In this document: positions 37,583-46,406 of the stretch, in pieces
How positions within the stretch are numbered: position 1 is the first letter of the stretch
How the letters are laid out: each line of letters begins with the position of its first letter
NCBI GenBank assembly: GCA_027001995.1
Contig: JALTLO010000193.1
Coordinates: forward strand, 1-64,000
Direction: 5' to 3'
Source of the DNA: Planctomycetota bacterium
Lineage (GTDB): Bacteria > Planctomycetota > GCA-002687715 > DRQF01
Length of the DNA: 64,000 bases
Translations under genes and position numbers: made by a program
The notes under the pieces: generated by a model
Databases searched by the model: none
What the model was told of the DNA's origin: nothing
The model's input: the letters and a program-made list of their open reading frames with translations, nothing else

Positions 37583-38995
37583 ATGGGAATCAACTACAGC
37601 GAAAAAATCCCCAACAACGTCGATATCTCCTCCGACAGGCGACTTCAACGGGCGTTGGAAAAATGGCAACCCGCATACTTGGACTGGTGGGCAGAAATGG
37701 GCCCAACAGATTTCAATACCAACGAGATCTACCTCCGCACCGCCATCAGCGTCGACCGGGATGGTTGGGCTGACTTCGGCCACGTGAAAATGCCTGACTA
37801 CCGTTGGGGTATTTTCCTGACACCTACGGACAAAGACAAAAAGATCGGTTTCGGTGATCACGAAGGTGAAGACGTCTGGCAAGAAGTTCCTGGAGAGCAC
37901 CGCAACAACTTGCGCCGCCTGATCGTGACCCAGGCCGATACGGAGCCTGCATCTGTTGAGCAACAAAGACTCTTGGGCCACACCGCTCCAAGCCTTTACG
38001 ACATGCGCAACCTCTTCCAAGTCAATGTCGAAGAAGGTCGTCACCTTTGGGCTATGGTCTACTTGCTGCATTCATACTTTGGCAAGGATGGCCGGGAAGA
38101 AGCGGAAGAGCTCTTGGAAAGGCGCAGTGGCAATGCCGACCACCCTCGTATCCTTTCCACCTTCAATGACCCAGTAGAAGACTGGCTATCCTTCTTCTGC
38201 TTCACGACTTTCACCGATCGTGATGGCAAGTATCAGCTCTTGGCTCTGGCGGAAAGTGGCTTCGATCCTTTGGCTCGCACCTGTCGCTTCATGTTGACCG
38301 AAGAGGCCCATCACATGTTTGTCGGCCAAACCGGAGTCAACCGTGTCATCAAGCGTACTTGCGAGGTCATGATCGAAAACCCACAAAAGGACGTCAAGGA
38401 GTACGGTGCCATTCCTCTGGAAATCATCCAGAAGTACATCAATCGCTGGGCTTCTTCTTCTGTTGACCTCTTCGGATCAGAAGTTTCGAGCAATGCCGCC
38501 ACCTTCTTCGCCGCTGGCCTCAAAGGCCGTGCCTATGAAGAAAAGAATTATAGCGAACATGGTGCTCTCGATCAGGGTTACAACATCGAAGAATGGGATG
38601 GCAACCGACTGAGCAAGAATGAAGTTCCTCTGCGAAACGCCATGAACGAAGTACTGCGCAGCGACTACCACGCCGACAACGTCAAGCAGACTGTTTTGTG
38701 GAACAAAACGACCTCCAGCTTTGGTATCGATTTTGAGTTCACCATTCCTCACCGCCGCTTCAACCGACGCATCGGCATGTACGCAGAAGGCTTCTTCACC
38801 CCAGAAGGCGACCCCATCTCGGAAGAAGAATTCAACCAGAATAAGGGCAAATGGTTGCCAACCGAAGAGGACGAAGCTTTCGTCAAGAGCCTTATGGTTA
38901 AGTGTCACGAACCAGGCAAGTTTGCCGGCTGGATCGCTGCACCATCCAAAGGTATCAACGACCAAAGTGTCGACTTCGACTACGTTCGTCTTTGA
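37583..38995 (+). CDS. boxB: Benzoyl-CoA 2,3-epoxidase subunit B (diiron)
   Basis: KIPNNV..RRLQRALE.WQP, DTEPASVEQQR, and diiron motifs EEGRH and EEAHH. Confidence 0.95.
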   Translation: MGINYSEKIPNNVDISSDRRLQRALEKWQPAYLDWWAEMGPTDFNTNEIYLRTAISVDRDGWADFGHVKMPDYRWGIFLTPTDKDKKIGFGDHEGEDVWQEVPGEHRNNLRRLIVTQADTEPASVEQQRLLGHTAPSLYDMRNLFQVNVEEGRHLWAMVYLLHSYFGKDGREEAEELLERRSGNADHPRILSTFNDPVEDWLSFFCFTTFTDRDGKYQLLALAESGFDPLARTCRFMLTEEAHHMFVGQTGVNRVIKRTCEVMIENPQKDVKEYGAIPLEIIQKYINRWASSSVDLFGSEVSSNAATFFAAGLKGRAYEEKNYSEHGALDQGYNIEEWDGNRLSKNEVPLRNAMNEVLRSDYHADNVKQTVLWNKTTSSFGIDFEFTIPHRRFNRRIGMYAEGFFTPEGDPISEEEFNQNKGKWLPTEEDEAFVKSLMVKCHEPGKFAGWIAAPSKGINDQSVDFDYVRL

Positions 38996-39049
38996 TCGAT
39001 TGCTGCAGGACTGAATCAAGTATTCAGCAGTGATCAAAAAAAACAGAAG

Positions 39050-39106
39050 AAACCTCTCTTGCTTGTGACGCCCAAAAATGGCCGAATGAGCAGAGAGGTT
39101 TTTTTT
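39050..39106 (+). terminator. Probable terminator after boxB
   Basis: AAACCTCTCTTGCT...AGCAGAGAGGTTT stem with a large loop, followed by a T-run. Confidence 0.5.
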
Positions 39107-39119
39107 GTGAGGTTCGTCC

Positions 39120-40103
39120 ATGATCCACCGGCTCAGTTTCTTTCTTTTACTTTGGGTATCAACAACCCAATTGCCCGCGCAATCGGAGAATGTTGGCTTC
39201 CAGCCCTTTGTCCGCTCGATTCAGTCCACGGAAAAATCTCTTGAGATAGTCCATCTCAAAGTGAAGTTGCAACGCATCGTAGCCCTGAAAACAGAGAAAT
39301 CGGATGCCAACAAAGGAGAGAAGATTTGGGCTACAACTCTCAAGAAAAGACAAAGGATTGATAGTCGCTTCAAGAAACTCGCCAAGAAACTACCGCGTAT
39401 TTCATCTATCAAGCCAACGGACGCCCCCGAACTCGCTGTGCGACTCTTGTCATCGTGGGTCAAAAGAAGCGACGCTGTCACGATCAGAAAACTAGTGGAC
39501 AAAGACTTGCCAGAATTCCGAAAAATACTCTCTCGCCAGATCTCCGGCAAGAAACGTCGCGACTTTTTGCACGTTGTTTGCAGCCGCCAATCTCAAGTGC
39601 CGGGGGTCAGCGATTTGGATGTTCTCATTGAAGTGATTCTGTGGGAAGACTTCTTCTTCCCACCGGCGAAGCCAAAAACGAATCACCTTGACACGGTTTC
39701 CATCGACTTGATCTTGCTCTTCACAGATCGGGGTGCAGATGGCATTTCTCAATCTGGTGAAAAATACTACGTCGCCAGTCGATTCTTGGCCGACGGCTTC
39801 CGAGACGACCTGAAAGACAAGAGCAATCAAGTGCGCCACTTTTGTTGGGCTTGGCGTATGTTCATGAAATCAAGAAATCCCGCGGCCATTAGATCGCTGC
39901 TCTATTTCAAAGAAATTCGAGACTCCAAAACGCGGAAGCTACCCATGAACAAAGCCGACCTTCGACTCAACAAGTGCGCGGGCCTAATCGCCAAGACGGT
40001 AAAAAACAACGGTGACCCCATGAGCATCATCGGCACCGCTGCCGTCATGCGCAAGGTCTTAGGAAAAGACACGCTGGTCAAACCTTCTTCGAAGAAAGAT
40101 TGA
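39120..40103 (+). CDS. Secreted hypothetical protein
   Basis: 327 aa ORF with GAGG RBS and signal peptide; no family recognised. Confidence 0.6.
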   Translation: MIHRLSFFLLLWVSTTQLPAQSENVGFQPFVRSIQSTEKSLEIVHLKVKLQRIVALKTEKSDANKGEKIWATTLKKRQRIDSRFKKLAKKLPRISSIKPTDAPELAVRLLSSWVKRSDAVTIRKLVDKDLPEFRKILSRQISGKKRRDFLHVVCSRQSQVPGVSDLDVLIEVILWEDFFFPPAKPKTNHLDTVSIDLILLFTDRGADGISQSGEKYYVASRFLADGFRDDLKDKSNQVRHFCWAWRMFMKSRNPAAIRSLLYFKEIRDSKTRKLPMNKADLRLNKCAGLIAKTVKNNGDPMSIIGTAAVMRKVLGKDTLVKPSSKKD

Positions 40104-40159
40104 AAGACCCCCTTTAGCAAGCCGTCGAGCATCCCCATGCTCGACCTCCTGCAACAGCA

Positions 40160-40192
40160 AAGAAGGCCCGCGATGTGATCGCGGGCCTTCTT
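40160..40192. terminator. Bidirectional terminator hairpin
   Basis: GAAGGCCCGCGAT-GTG-ATCGCGGGCCTTC between convergent genes. Confidence 0.7.
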
Positions 40193-40256
40193 CGTTTTGC
40201 CATGAATGAACAAGTGGCCACTTGTTCATTATTTCAATTCGTTCTTTTTCTTACCA

Positions 40257-40529
40257 GGAGCATGGGCATCCTTGCCCGTTCTTTTCTTTCTTCTTCTGAA
40301 CCATAGATTAAATAGCCAAGAACGGGCACGGATGCCCGTGGTCCCGGAAGAGCCGGGGTTAGGATCAGGAAGCGAAGAACGGGTTGGAATGCTCATACTC
40401 CAAGGAATGAATTTCCGAGGATGCTCCCTTTTCTTGGGACCATGGGCATCCTTGCCCGTTTCTTTGCCTCCCTACCTCGGGCTTGGAGCTACTGGCAATC
40501 GATGAACGGCCGAGACGTCCGTAGCCCCC
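40257..40529. repeat. Cluster of REP-like palindromic repeats
   Basis: GGAGCATGGGCATCCTTGCCCGTT at 40257-40280, inverted copy at 40321-40345, degenerate inverted copy at 40378-40401, direct copy at 40436-40460 and a diverged inverted copy at ~40505-40528. Confidence 0.75.
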
Positions 40530-40551
40530 CCAAGGGAATATTCATTTCTTG

Positions 40552-41253
40552 CTACTTCAATTCGGTCTTCTTCTTGACTTCTGCACGACGGTGGGCACGT
40601 CTTCCGCGAGATCCTCGGCGCCTGGCTCCATGGCGACGACGCTGTTCGCCATTTCCTTTGGCTTCACCGCGCTTCTTCATGCGCTCAGCACGAGCTGCTT
40701 TTCTTTCGGCCCTATCTAATTTGCCATCCCCATTCGTGTCAGCTTTCTTTTTCATTTCTTCCCGACGCTTCTTGAATGTTTCGCGGATGGCGGCGCGCTC
40801 AGACTTATCTAACTTGCCGTCACCATTGGTGTCAGCCTTCTTCGTGAATGCTTTTCGGCGTGTCTTCATTTCTGCGCGACGCTTCTTGAAGTTCTCTCGT
40901 AACGCAGACTTTTCGTTCTCGTCAAGTGTCCCGTCACCATTGGTGTCGAACTGTTTCTTCAGTTGAGCGCGGCGGCCACGGTTGCCGCTGCGTCTCCTGC
41001 GAGATCGACGACGTTTGGCCCGTGGGCGCCGTCTCTCTTCGCCATTCTCTTTGGCTTCGCCGCGTTTCTTCTTGCGCTCCGCAAGTGCCGTTTTTCTTTC
41101 AGCCTTGTCAAGTTTGCCATCACCATTCTTGTCAAACTTCTTAAGAATCTTGGCACTTCGTTCTGCGCGTTTGCTACCTGGCTTCTCTGTCTGTGCCGAC
41201 AAACTCATTGTCGCCAAGCAAAGTACCGCAATAGTCCATGTCATCAGTTTCAT
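40552..41253 (-). CDS. Secreted EF-hand repeat protein with Arg/Lys-rich linkers
   Basis: Signal peptide and four D[K/T]NGDG[K/T]LD..E loops. Confidence 0.85.
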   Translation of the reverse strand: MKLMTWTIAVLCLATMSLSAQTEKPGSKRAERSAKILKKFDKNGDGKLDKAERKTALAERKKKRGEAKENGEERRRPRAKRRRSRRRRSGNRGRRAQLKKQFDTNGDGTLDENEKSALRENFKKRRAEMKTRRKAFTKKADTNGDGKLDKSERAAIRETFKKRREEMKKKADTNGDGKLDRAERKAARAERMKKRGEAKGNGEQRRRHGARRRGSRGRRAHRRAEVKKKTELK

Positions 41254-41397
41254 TCTTTACTCCGCGTGTTCTGGGTGAATTATCAATCAAATAACAAACC
41301 CCAGTGGAGAGGAGATGTTCTTCTAATTCTCAAATTCCTTCAGAGAAGCTGATCTAACCGCACCTTTTCCTCCGAAGGATTGAGAATCCAAAGAAGG

Positions 41398-44358
41398 CTA
41401 CTTCTTCTTCTTTTTTTTCTTCTTCTTGTCTTTGTCTAGCTTCTTGAGTTCCTTCTCCCGTTCCAGGACGCCGGTGCCTTCAGTGACCCATTTCTTGGCT
41501 TTGTCGCCTTTGAGGTAGTGACCAAACCACTCACGGATGCGCCAGTGGTAGTCAACCTGATTCGACTTCTTTCTCAGCCCATGGTTCTCGCCATCATAAA
41601 CCAACATCACCAGTTGCTTCTCGGCCAAACGCGCGGCGTTGTACATTTCGATTCCTTGATGCCAGTCAACAGCTCCATCTTTATTGCCAAAGGCAATGAG
41701 GAGGGGTGTGTTCAAAGAGTCCATGCCGAAGATAGGAGAGTTGGCAATGTACGTGTCAACGTCGCGCCAAAACGGCTTGTCCATCCGACCCTGACTCTCG
41801 TGAAAAATACGTGCGTTCGTACCGCCAGAGTTCCAATAGATATTGGTCGACATGCTCATCATGTTCGTCAAAGGTGCCCCGGCGATGCCCGCAGCAAAGA
41901 CATCGGAATGAGAAACAATGAAGGCCGTTTGATAAGCGCCCCAGCTATGTCCAATAAGCCCAATTCGCTTGGCGTCAATAAATCCTTTGGCAACCACGGA
42001 CTTGACGGCGGGCACCACACAAGCCAAAGCAGATAACCCTGGGTTCTGCGCCCGGTAAACAATGTCAGGTTGAAAGACGAAATAGCCTTGGGTGGTGAAA
42101 ACCGTGGGGTTGTAAGCACTTCTCTCCGAGGGTGCACTGTAGCCGTGCACCATTTGTGATCGTTTCTCATAAATGTAGACAATCATCGGATACTTCTTCC
42201 CCACTTGGTAATCAGCAGGATAGAAGAGCGCTCCTTGAAGTTCCTCCCCGTGGTCGTTGCGGTAGCTGAGCAATTCTGACCTACCCCAGGCAAAATCGGA
42301 TTGCTGCGGATTGGTCTTTGTCATTTGGGTGGGGTTCGCGAAGTTTTGGTCAGTGACAAAAATGTCTGGCGAATCGTCGAAGGCCTGGGAAGCATAAGCA
42401 TAGACCTCAGCATCTTGAGCCTTGGCAAGACTGGACGTTCGTTTGTCTTGCAAGAGAAGAGCATCCACAGATCCATCTGGGTTCAGACGCGCGAACCCCG
42501 TTTGCTTAGAAGTCTCGCCATAGACTGAAAGATAGATCGACTCATTGGCGTCCAGAAAGTCCTCTTCCCGGTCCAAGTCAAGAAGCCGGTAGCGCAGGCC
42601 ACGACTCTTGCCATCAGTCAACTGTTTGGCCACGCCGTCGCGAAGAGAAACTTGGACAATGTCAAACTTGTCATAAAGATAAACGAATCTTGAGTCTTGG
42701 GACCACCCCCCCAAGCCATAAGGCCGATTCTCATCGGTCAGGACTCCGCTTTCATCGTTGATCATTTTGCCCGGCAATTCGAGCACCTGGTGTTGATTAT
42801 TCTCAACATGATAGAGGCACCATTTGCCATCCTTGACGTAGGCAATATGGTTGCCGTCAGGACTGCCGCCGAAAACCATCTTGTGGTGACTCAGAATCTC
42901 CTGTCGCTTTCCCGACCTCGTATTGACGACGAAAACGTCGAGAAGTTGAGGGCCGAACATGGCTTCTTTCTCGTAGTGATCCGTGTCCCGAGCCAAAGCC
43001 ATGTGACCCGAATCAAAGACAGTAACGGAATCAGCAACCTCATCGCCGAGTCGTACAAAGGACTTGTTGTCTAACCAAAACGCGCAAAGATAGTTTTTGT
43101 TCCGGTCTCGCGCGATGGTCTTCTTCTGCCGAGGGACAATGTTGGTGTCCTTGGCATGCCAAACATCGACACCTGCATGTTCATCAAGAGAATCGCGAAG
43201 CGCCTTGGGCTCTTCTTCCTTCTTCTTGTCTTTCTTATCGCTCTTTGATTCTTCCTTCTTGGAATCCGACTCTTTTGTTGTCGGTTTACTTGCCGAAGAG
43301 TTCTTCGAAGTCGGCGTTTTAGTCTTCTTGCCCTTAGAATCCGATTTCTTCTTGTCGCCAGTCTTTTCGTCTTCGTCTTTTTCTGCTGGTTCGTTTTCCC
43401 AATCGGCGATGGAGAAAAACACCGCATCACCGTGCTTCTGCCACTGTATGCCCCGGGCTGTCACAACGCGCATACCCTTTGGAAACTCTTTGAGATCCCG
43501 ATGGTCAAAAGTCGTCTTCTGCCCATGACCTGTGCCCAAGTCTTTCCAAACAACCAAGACATGGCTCGGGTCTTCGTCTTCATCTTCGTTATGTTTGGTT
43601 TCGCGCAGGAATGCCACATCACGACCATCCTCACGCCAACTGAGAGAATGATAGTTGGCGTTCTTCGAATCAAGATGCTTGAGTGAGCCAGTCGTTGCGT
43701 TGTAAAGAATCACACCGTTGCCAACATCATCATGAGAATCCAAAGTCATGGCGAGAAGGGAGGTTTCGTCGGACCAGGCATAGGCACTCACATTGCCAAA
43801 AGTCATCTCATCGCCATTCGACAAAGAGCGAACAACAAGATCAGCACCGCCTTCTTCTCCTTTAGGCAAGTAGCGACGAAGAGCGATGAATTTTCCGTCT
43901 TCACTAAAAGCAAAGCCGGTTACATCTTCCATTTCATAAGTGTCATCACTGGTGAGATCTCGCAGAGCAAATGAAGTGTGCGCCGATTTCTTGGCCTTCT
44001 TCAGTTTCTCCTTTTCTTTCTCCGACTTGCCGATCAAGTAGGCCAACCAGCGGTTGTCGTGAGAGAACTGGCGGCGTTCGCCAAAGGCAATGGTCTCGGT
44101 TTCTTTGCTTCCGAGCTTCCTGAGGCGCATCTCGTTTTCGCCATTGGTACGGCGAATGCCGTAAGCCAGCCAGGATCCGTCTCGCGACAAGGTGCTACCC
44201 CGAAGCGATTCCCAAGTCCCATAGTCTTTGGCCTCTAAGCTCTTCAGAGTCTTAGGCTCAGTCGGTTTGCTTTCTTGGGCTTGCGAAAATGGCAGGAAGA
44301 AGAACAAGAACATCAAGAGGGCTGGGGTAGATAGGAAACTGTTCACTGGAAGCTCCAA
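41398..44358 (-). CDS. S9-family (prolyl oligopeptidase-like) serine peptidase, secreted
   Basis: Propeller N-terminus; GHSWG nucleophile, DGAV Asp and ENHG His; poly-Lys tail. Start uncertain. Confidence 0.9.
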   Translation of the reverse strand: MELPVNSFLSTPALLMFLFFFLPFSQAQESKPTEPKTLKSLEAKDYGTWESLRGSTLSRDGSWLAYGIRRTNGENEMRLRKLGSKETETIAFGERRQFSHDNRWLAYLIGKSEKEKEKLKKAKKSAHTSFALRDLTSDDTYEMEDVTGFAFSEDGKFIALRRYLPKGEEGGADLVVRSLSNGDEMTFGNVSAYAWSDETSLLAMTLDSHDDVGNGVILYNATTGSLKHLDSKNANYHSLSWREDGRDVAFLRETKHNEDEDEDPSHVLVVWKDLGTGHGQKTTFDHRDLKEFPKGMRVVTARGIQWQKHGDAVFFSIADWENEPAEKDEDEKTGDKKKSDSKGKKTKTPTSKNSSASKPTTKESDSKKEESKSDKKDKKKEEEPKALRDSLDEHAGVDVWHAKDTNIVPRQKKTIARDRNKNYLCAFWLDNKSFVRLGDEVADSVTVFDSGHMALARDTDHYEKEAMFGPQLLDVFVVNTRSGKRQEILSHHKMVFGGSPDGNHIAYVKDGKWCLYHVENNQHQVLELPGKMINDESGVLTDENRPYGLGGWSQDSRFVYLYDKFDIVQVSLRDGVAKQLTDGKSRGLRYRLLDLDREEDFLDANESIYLSVYGETSKQTGFARLNPDGSVDALLLQDKRTSSLAKAQDAEVYAYASQAFDDSPDIFVTDQNFANPTQMTKTNPQQSDFAWGRSELLSYRNDHGEELQGALFYPADYQVGKKYPMIVYIYEKRSQMVHGYSAPSERSAYNPTVFTTQGYFVFQPDIVYRAQNPGLSALACVVPAVKSVVAKGFIDAKRIGLIGHSWGAYQTAFIVSHSDVFAAGIAGAPLTNMMSMSTNIYWNSGGTNARIFHESQGRMDKPFWRDVDTYIANSPIFGMDSLNTPLLIAFGNKDGAVDWHQGIEMYNAARLAEKQLVMLVYDGENHGLRKKSNQVDYHWRIREWFGHYLKGDKAKKWVTEGTGVLEREKELKKLDKDKKKKKKKKK

Positions 44359-44710
44359 GAACTCAATTACGGACTCATGATTTCGTGTTTGGTCAATTGC
44401 CGCGCATCATAAAGAGGGCCACCAAGGTTGTCGAGACCAAGGATTAAGGCCTAAGAATCACTTGATGCGGCACATCGACGAAAGCTCTACGCACGGCGAT
44501 GGCACTTCTTTGCCGTCAAAATAAGATTTGTGCCATGAGGCAATATCATTCATCGCCCGAGGAGAATCAGGGATTTGAGACATGATCTGCCCCCACGCTT
44601 CCCATTCGGACCTTCGATAAAAGCAGATCAAGCCCACCGAAAAAATAGGCTGAGTTTAGCCGTTCTCCCTACTGGCGCACTTTCATTTGGACTACTGCCA
44701 GAGCGAATGT

Positions 44711-45847
44711 TCAACGGTTGATAATCGATCCCAGCGGTTGCACTTCGATCTTATCGCTCAACTGGTACGGACGCTCTCCTGGATACACCACGATAAGTTT
44801 GTCCAAGGCGAGATCTTCCATTGCAATCTTCATGGACCGAGTCTTGGTGGGGGCATCTCCAAACTTGAATTCGAACCCAACTCGTTTTCCCTTGTCAAAA
44901 ACAAGCAGGTCCAATTCTGCATGAGAATGAACCGCCCAGAAGTATGCTTCCCGGGGTTGGATAGCATGCAAGACCTCTTCCAAGGCAAACCCTTCCCAAG
45001 ACGCCCCACACTTAGGGTGGCTCAAGATCTGCCGATGAGACTCAATACCAAGCAAGGCGTGCAGTAAGCCAGAATCTCGGACATAGACCTTTGGCGCTTT
45101 CACCTGCCGCTTCTTCAAATTCTCATGCCAAGGTTGGAGTTGCCGAAGCATGAAAGCTCCGGCCAAAATATCTAGATAGCGCCGTGTCGTATGATCGCTC
45201 ACCCCCAAGGAACGACCGACTTCGGACGCATTGAGTGTCTGACCGTGATAGTGAGCAATCATCGTCCAGAACCTCCGCAGCGTCGGGGCCGCCAAATTAA
45301 ACCCCATTTGCGGAATATCTCTTTCGAGAAAGGTCTGCACAAAGTTCATTCGCCAAGCAAGACTATCACCATTTGTCCGACCCAAGAAAGACCGAGGGTA
45401 GTGCCCCCTCTGCCAGAGCTTTTGCTTTTGCTCAGCTCCAACTTCCTCCAAATTGAATCCCGACATTTCAACCTGCTCGACTCGCCCAGCCAAAGATTCA
45501 GAACTTTGCCTCAACAGCTCCGGCGAGGCACTGCCTAAGACAAGAAATCGGGCGCGCGTTGGCTTGCGATCAGCAAGCACTCGCAAACAGGGAAACAACT
45601 CAGGACAGCGTTGAATCTCATCAAGTACAACAAGACCTTGCAATGGGCCCAGCGCCGTCATTGGTTCTTGTAGTGCTGTGAGATCAGCCGGATTCTCCAG
45701 ATCGAAATAGGTAGTTCTTGTTCGCAATGATGCAAAACTGTTTGCAATTGTGGTCTTGCCGCATTGGCGTGGCCCGGCCAGCAGGACAACAGGAGACCGC
45801 TTGAGCGCCCTGCTGATGCGCTCTGTGAGGGCTTTGCGTTCAATCAT
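44711..45847 (-). CDS. AAA_14 ATPase with DUF4143 and a C-terminal PD-(D/E)xK-like domain
   Basis: GPRQCGKTT, LDEIQ, LGSAS, KAPKVYVRDSG and ELDLLV..GFEFK. Confidence 0.9.
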   Translation of the reverse strand: MIERKALTERISRALKRSPVVLLAGPRQCGKTTIANSFASLRTRTTYFDLENPADLTALQEPMTALGPLQGLVVLDEIQRCPELFPCLRVLADRKPTRARFLVLGSASPELLRQSSESLAGRVEQVEMSGFNLEEVGAEQKQKLWQRGHYPRSFLGRTNGDSLAWRMNFVQTFLERDIPQMGFNLAAPTLRRFWTMIAHYHGQTLNASEVGRSLGVSDHTTRRYLDILAGAFMLRQLQPWHENLKKRQVKAPKVYVRDSGLLHALLGIESHRQILSHPKCGASWEGFALEEVLHAIQPREAYFWAVHSHAELDLLVFDKGKRVGFEFKFGDAPTKTRSMKIAMEDLALDKLIVVYPGERPYQLSDKIEVQPLGSIINR

Positions 45848-46047
45848 AGATCGATCATAGATTATGAAATCTCGAACTTCAACTACGAATATTCATTATT
45901 CCAAACCATACTACTCGATCAGATTTACCAGAATTCAAGACCGCCGCACCCACGTCCATAGCGAGAAAATACAGGGGCGAATCCACCCTCGTTTCAACGC
46001 AATAGACGGGTCATCATCGCGCTCTCGAATGGGGGAGGCTGGGAATG

Positions 46048-46392
46048 TTAAGAACGTGGGCCGTGCTTGGCTTCCCAGCGAGCGACCCAGGCTTCCCAGG
46101 AGTTGCCGGTGGCGGTGTCTTTGCCTGAGAAGATCAGACCATCAATGTCGGCTACGCTCAATTTGCGAGCTTGGGAGTCTTCGGAAGGTGGGTAGAGCGA
46201 GACGAAGGGCTCTGCTACTTGGAGATCGCGATTGAAGACGAACCCTTGGACTTTTTCGCCGTCTTTGAGCATCAAGGTCACATCACCTCGATAGTCGAAA
46301 GCCTCATCCAAGGCACGATGGAGATCAACTTCAGTCTCGATTTTTGGTTCCCAACCCTCAAGGCTTTTTGGCGTTTCTTCAGACATGGTCAT
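46048..46392 (-). CDS. Small conserved hypothetical protein downstream of hpnH
   Basis: AFDYRGDVTL..G..V.GFVF..FSGKDTA.G.SWEAW; starts 14 bp after the hpnH stop. Confidence 0.7.
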   Translation of the reverse strand: MTMSEETPKSLEGWEPKIETEVDLHRALDEAFDYRGDVTLMLKDGEKVQGFVFNRDLQVAEPFVSLYPPSEDSQARKLSVADIDGLIFSGKDTATGNSWEAWVARWEAKHGPRS

Positions 46393-46406
46393 TCTCGATA
46401 ACGGCT

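Noticed and set aside
40257..40529. Repeat cluster as a mini-CRISPR
   Set aside because: Copies are in mixed orientations with irregular spacing, which fits REP/BIME rather than CRISPR.
41398..41430. Poly-Lys tail / T-run at the S9 peptidase end as a phase-variation site
   Set aside because: It lies in the last codons, after the catalytic His, so slippage would barely alter the protein.
44458..44583. 41-codon minus-strand ORF (MSQIPDSPR...)
   Set aside because: No recognisable motif or supporting evidence; it cannot be distinguished from chance.
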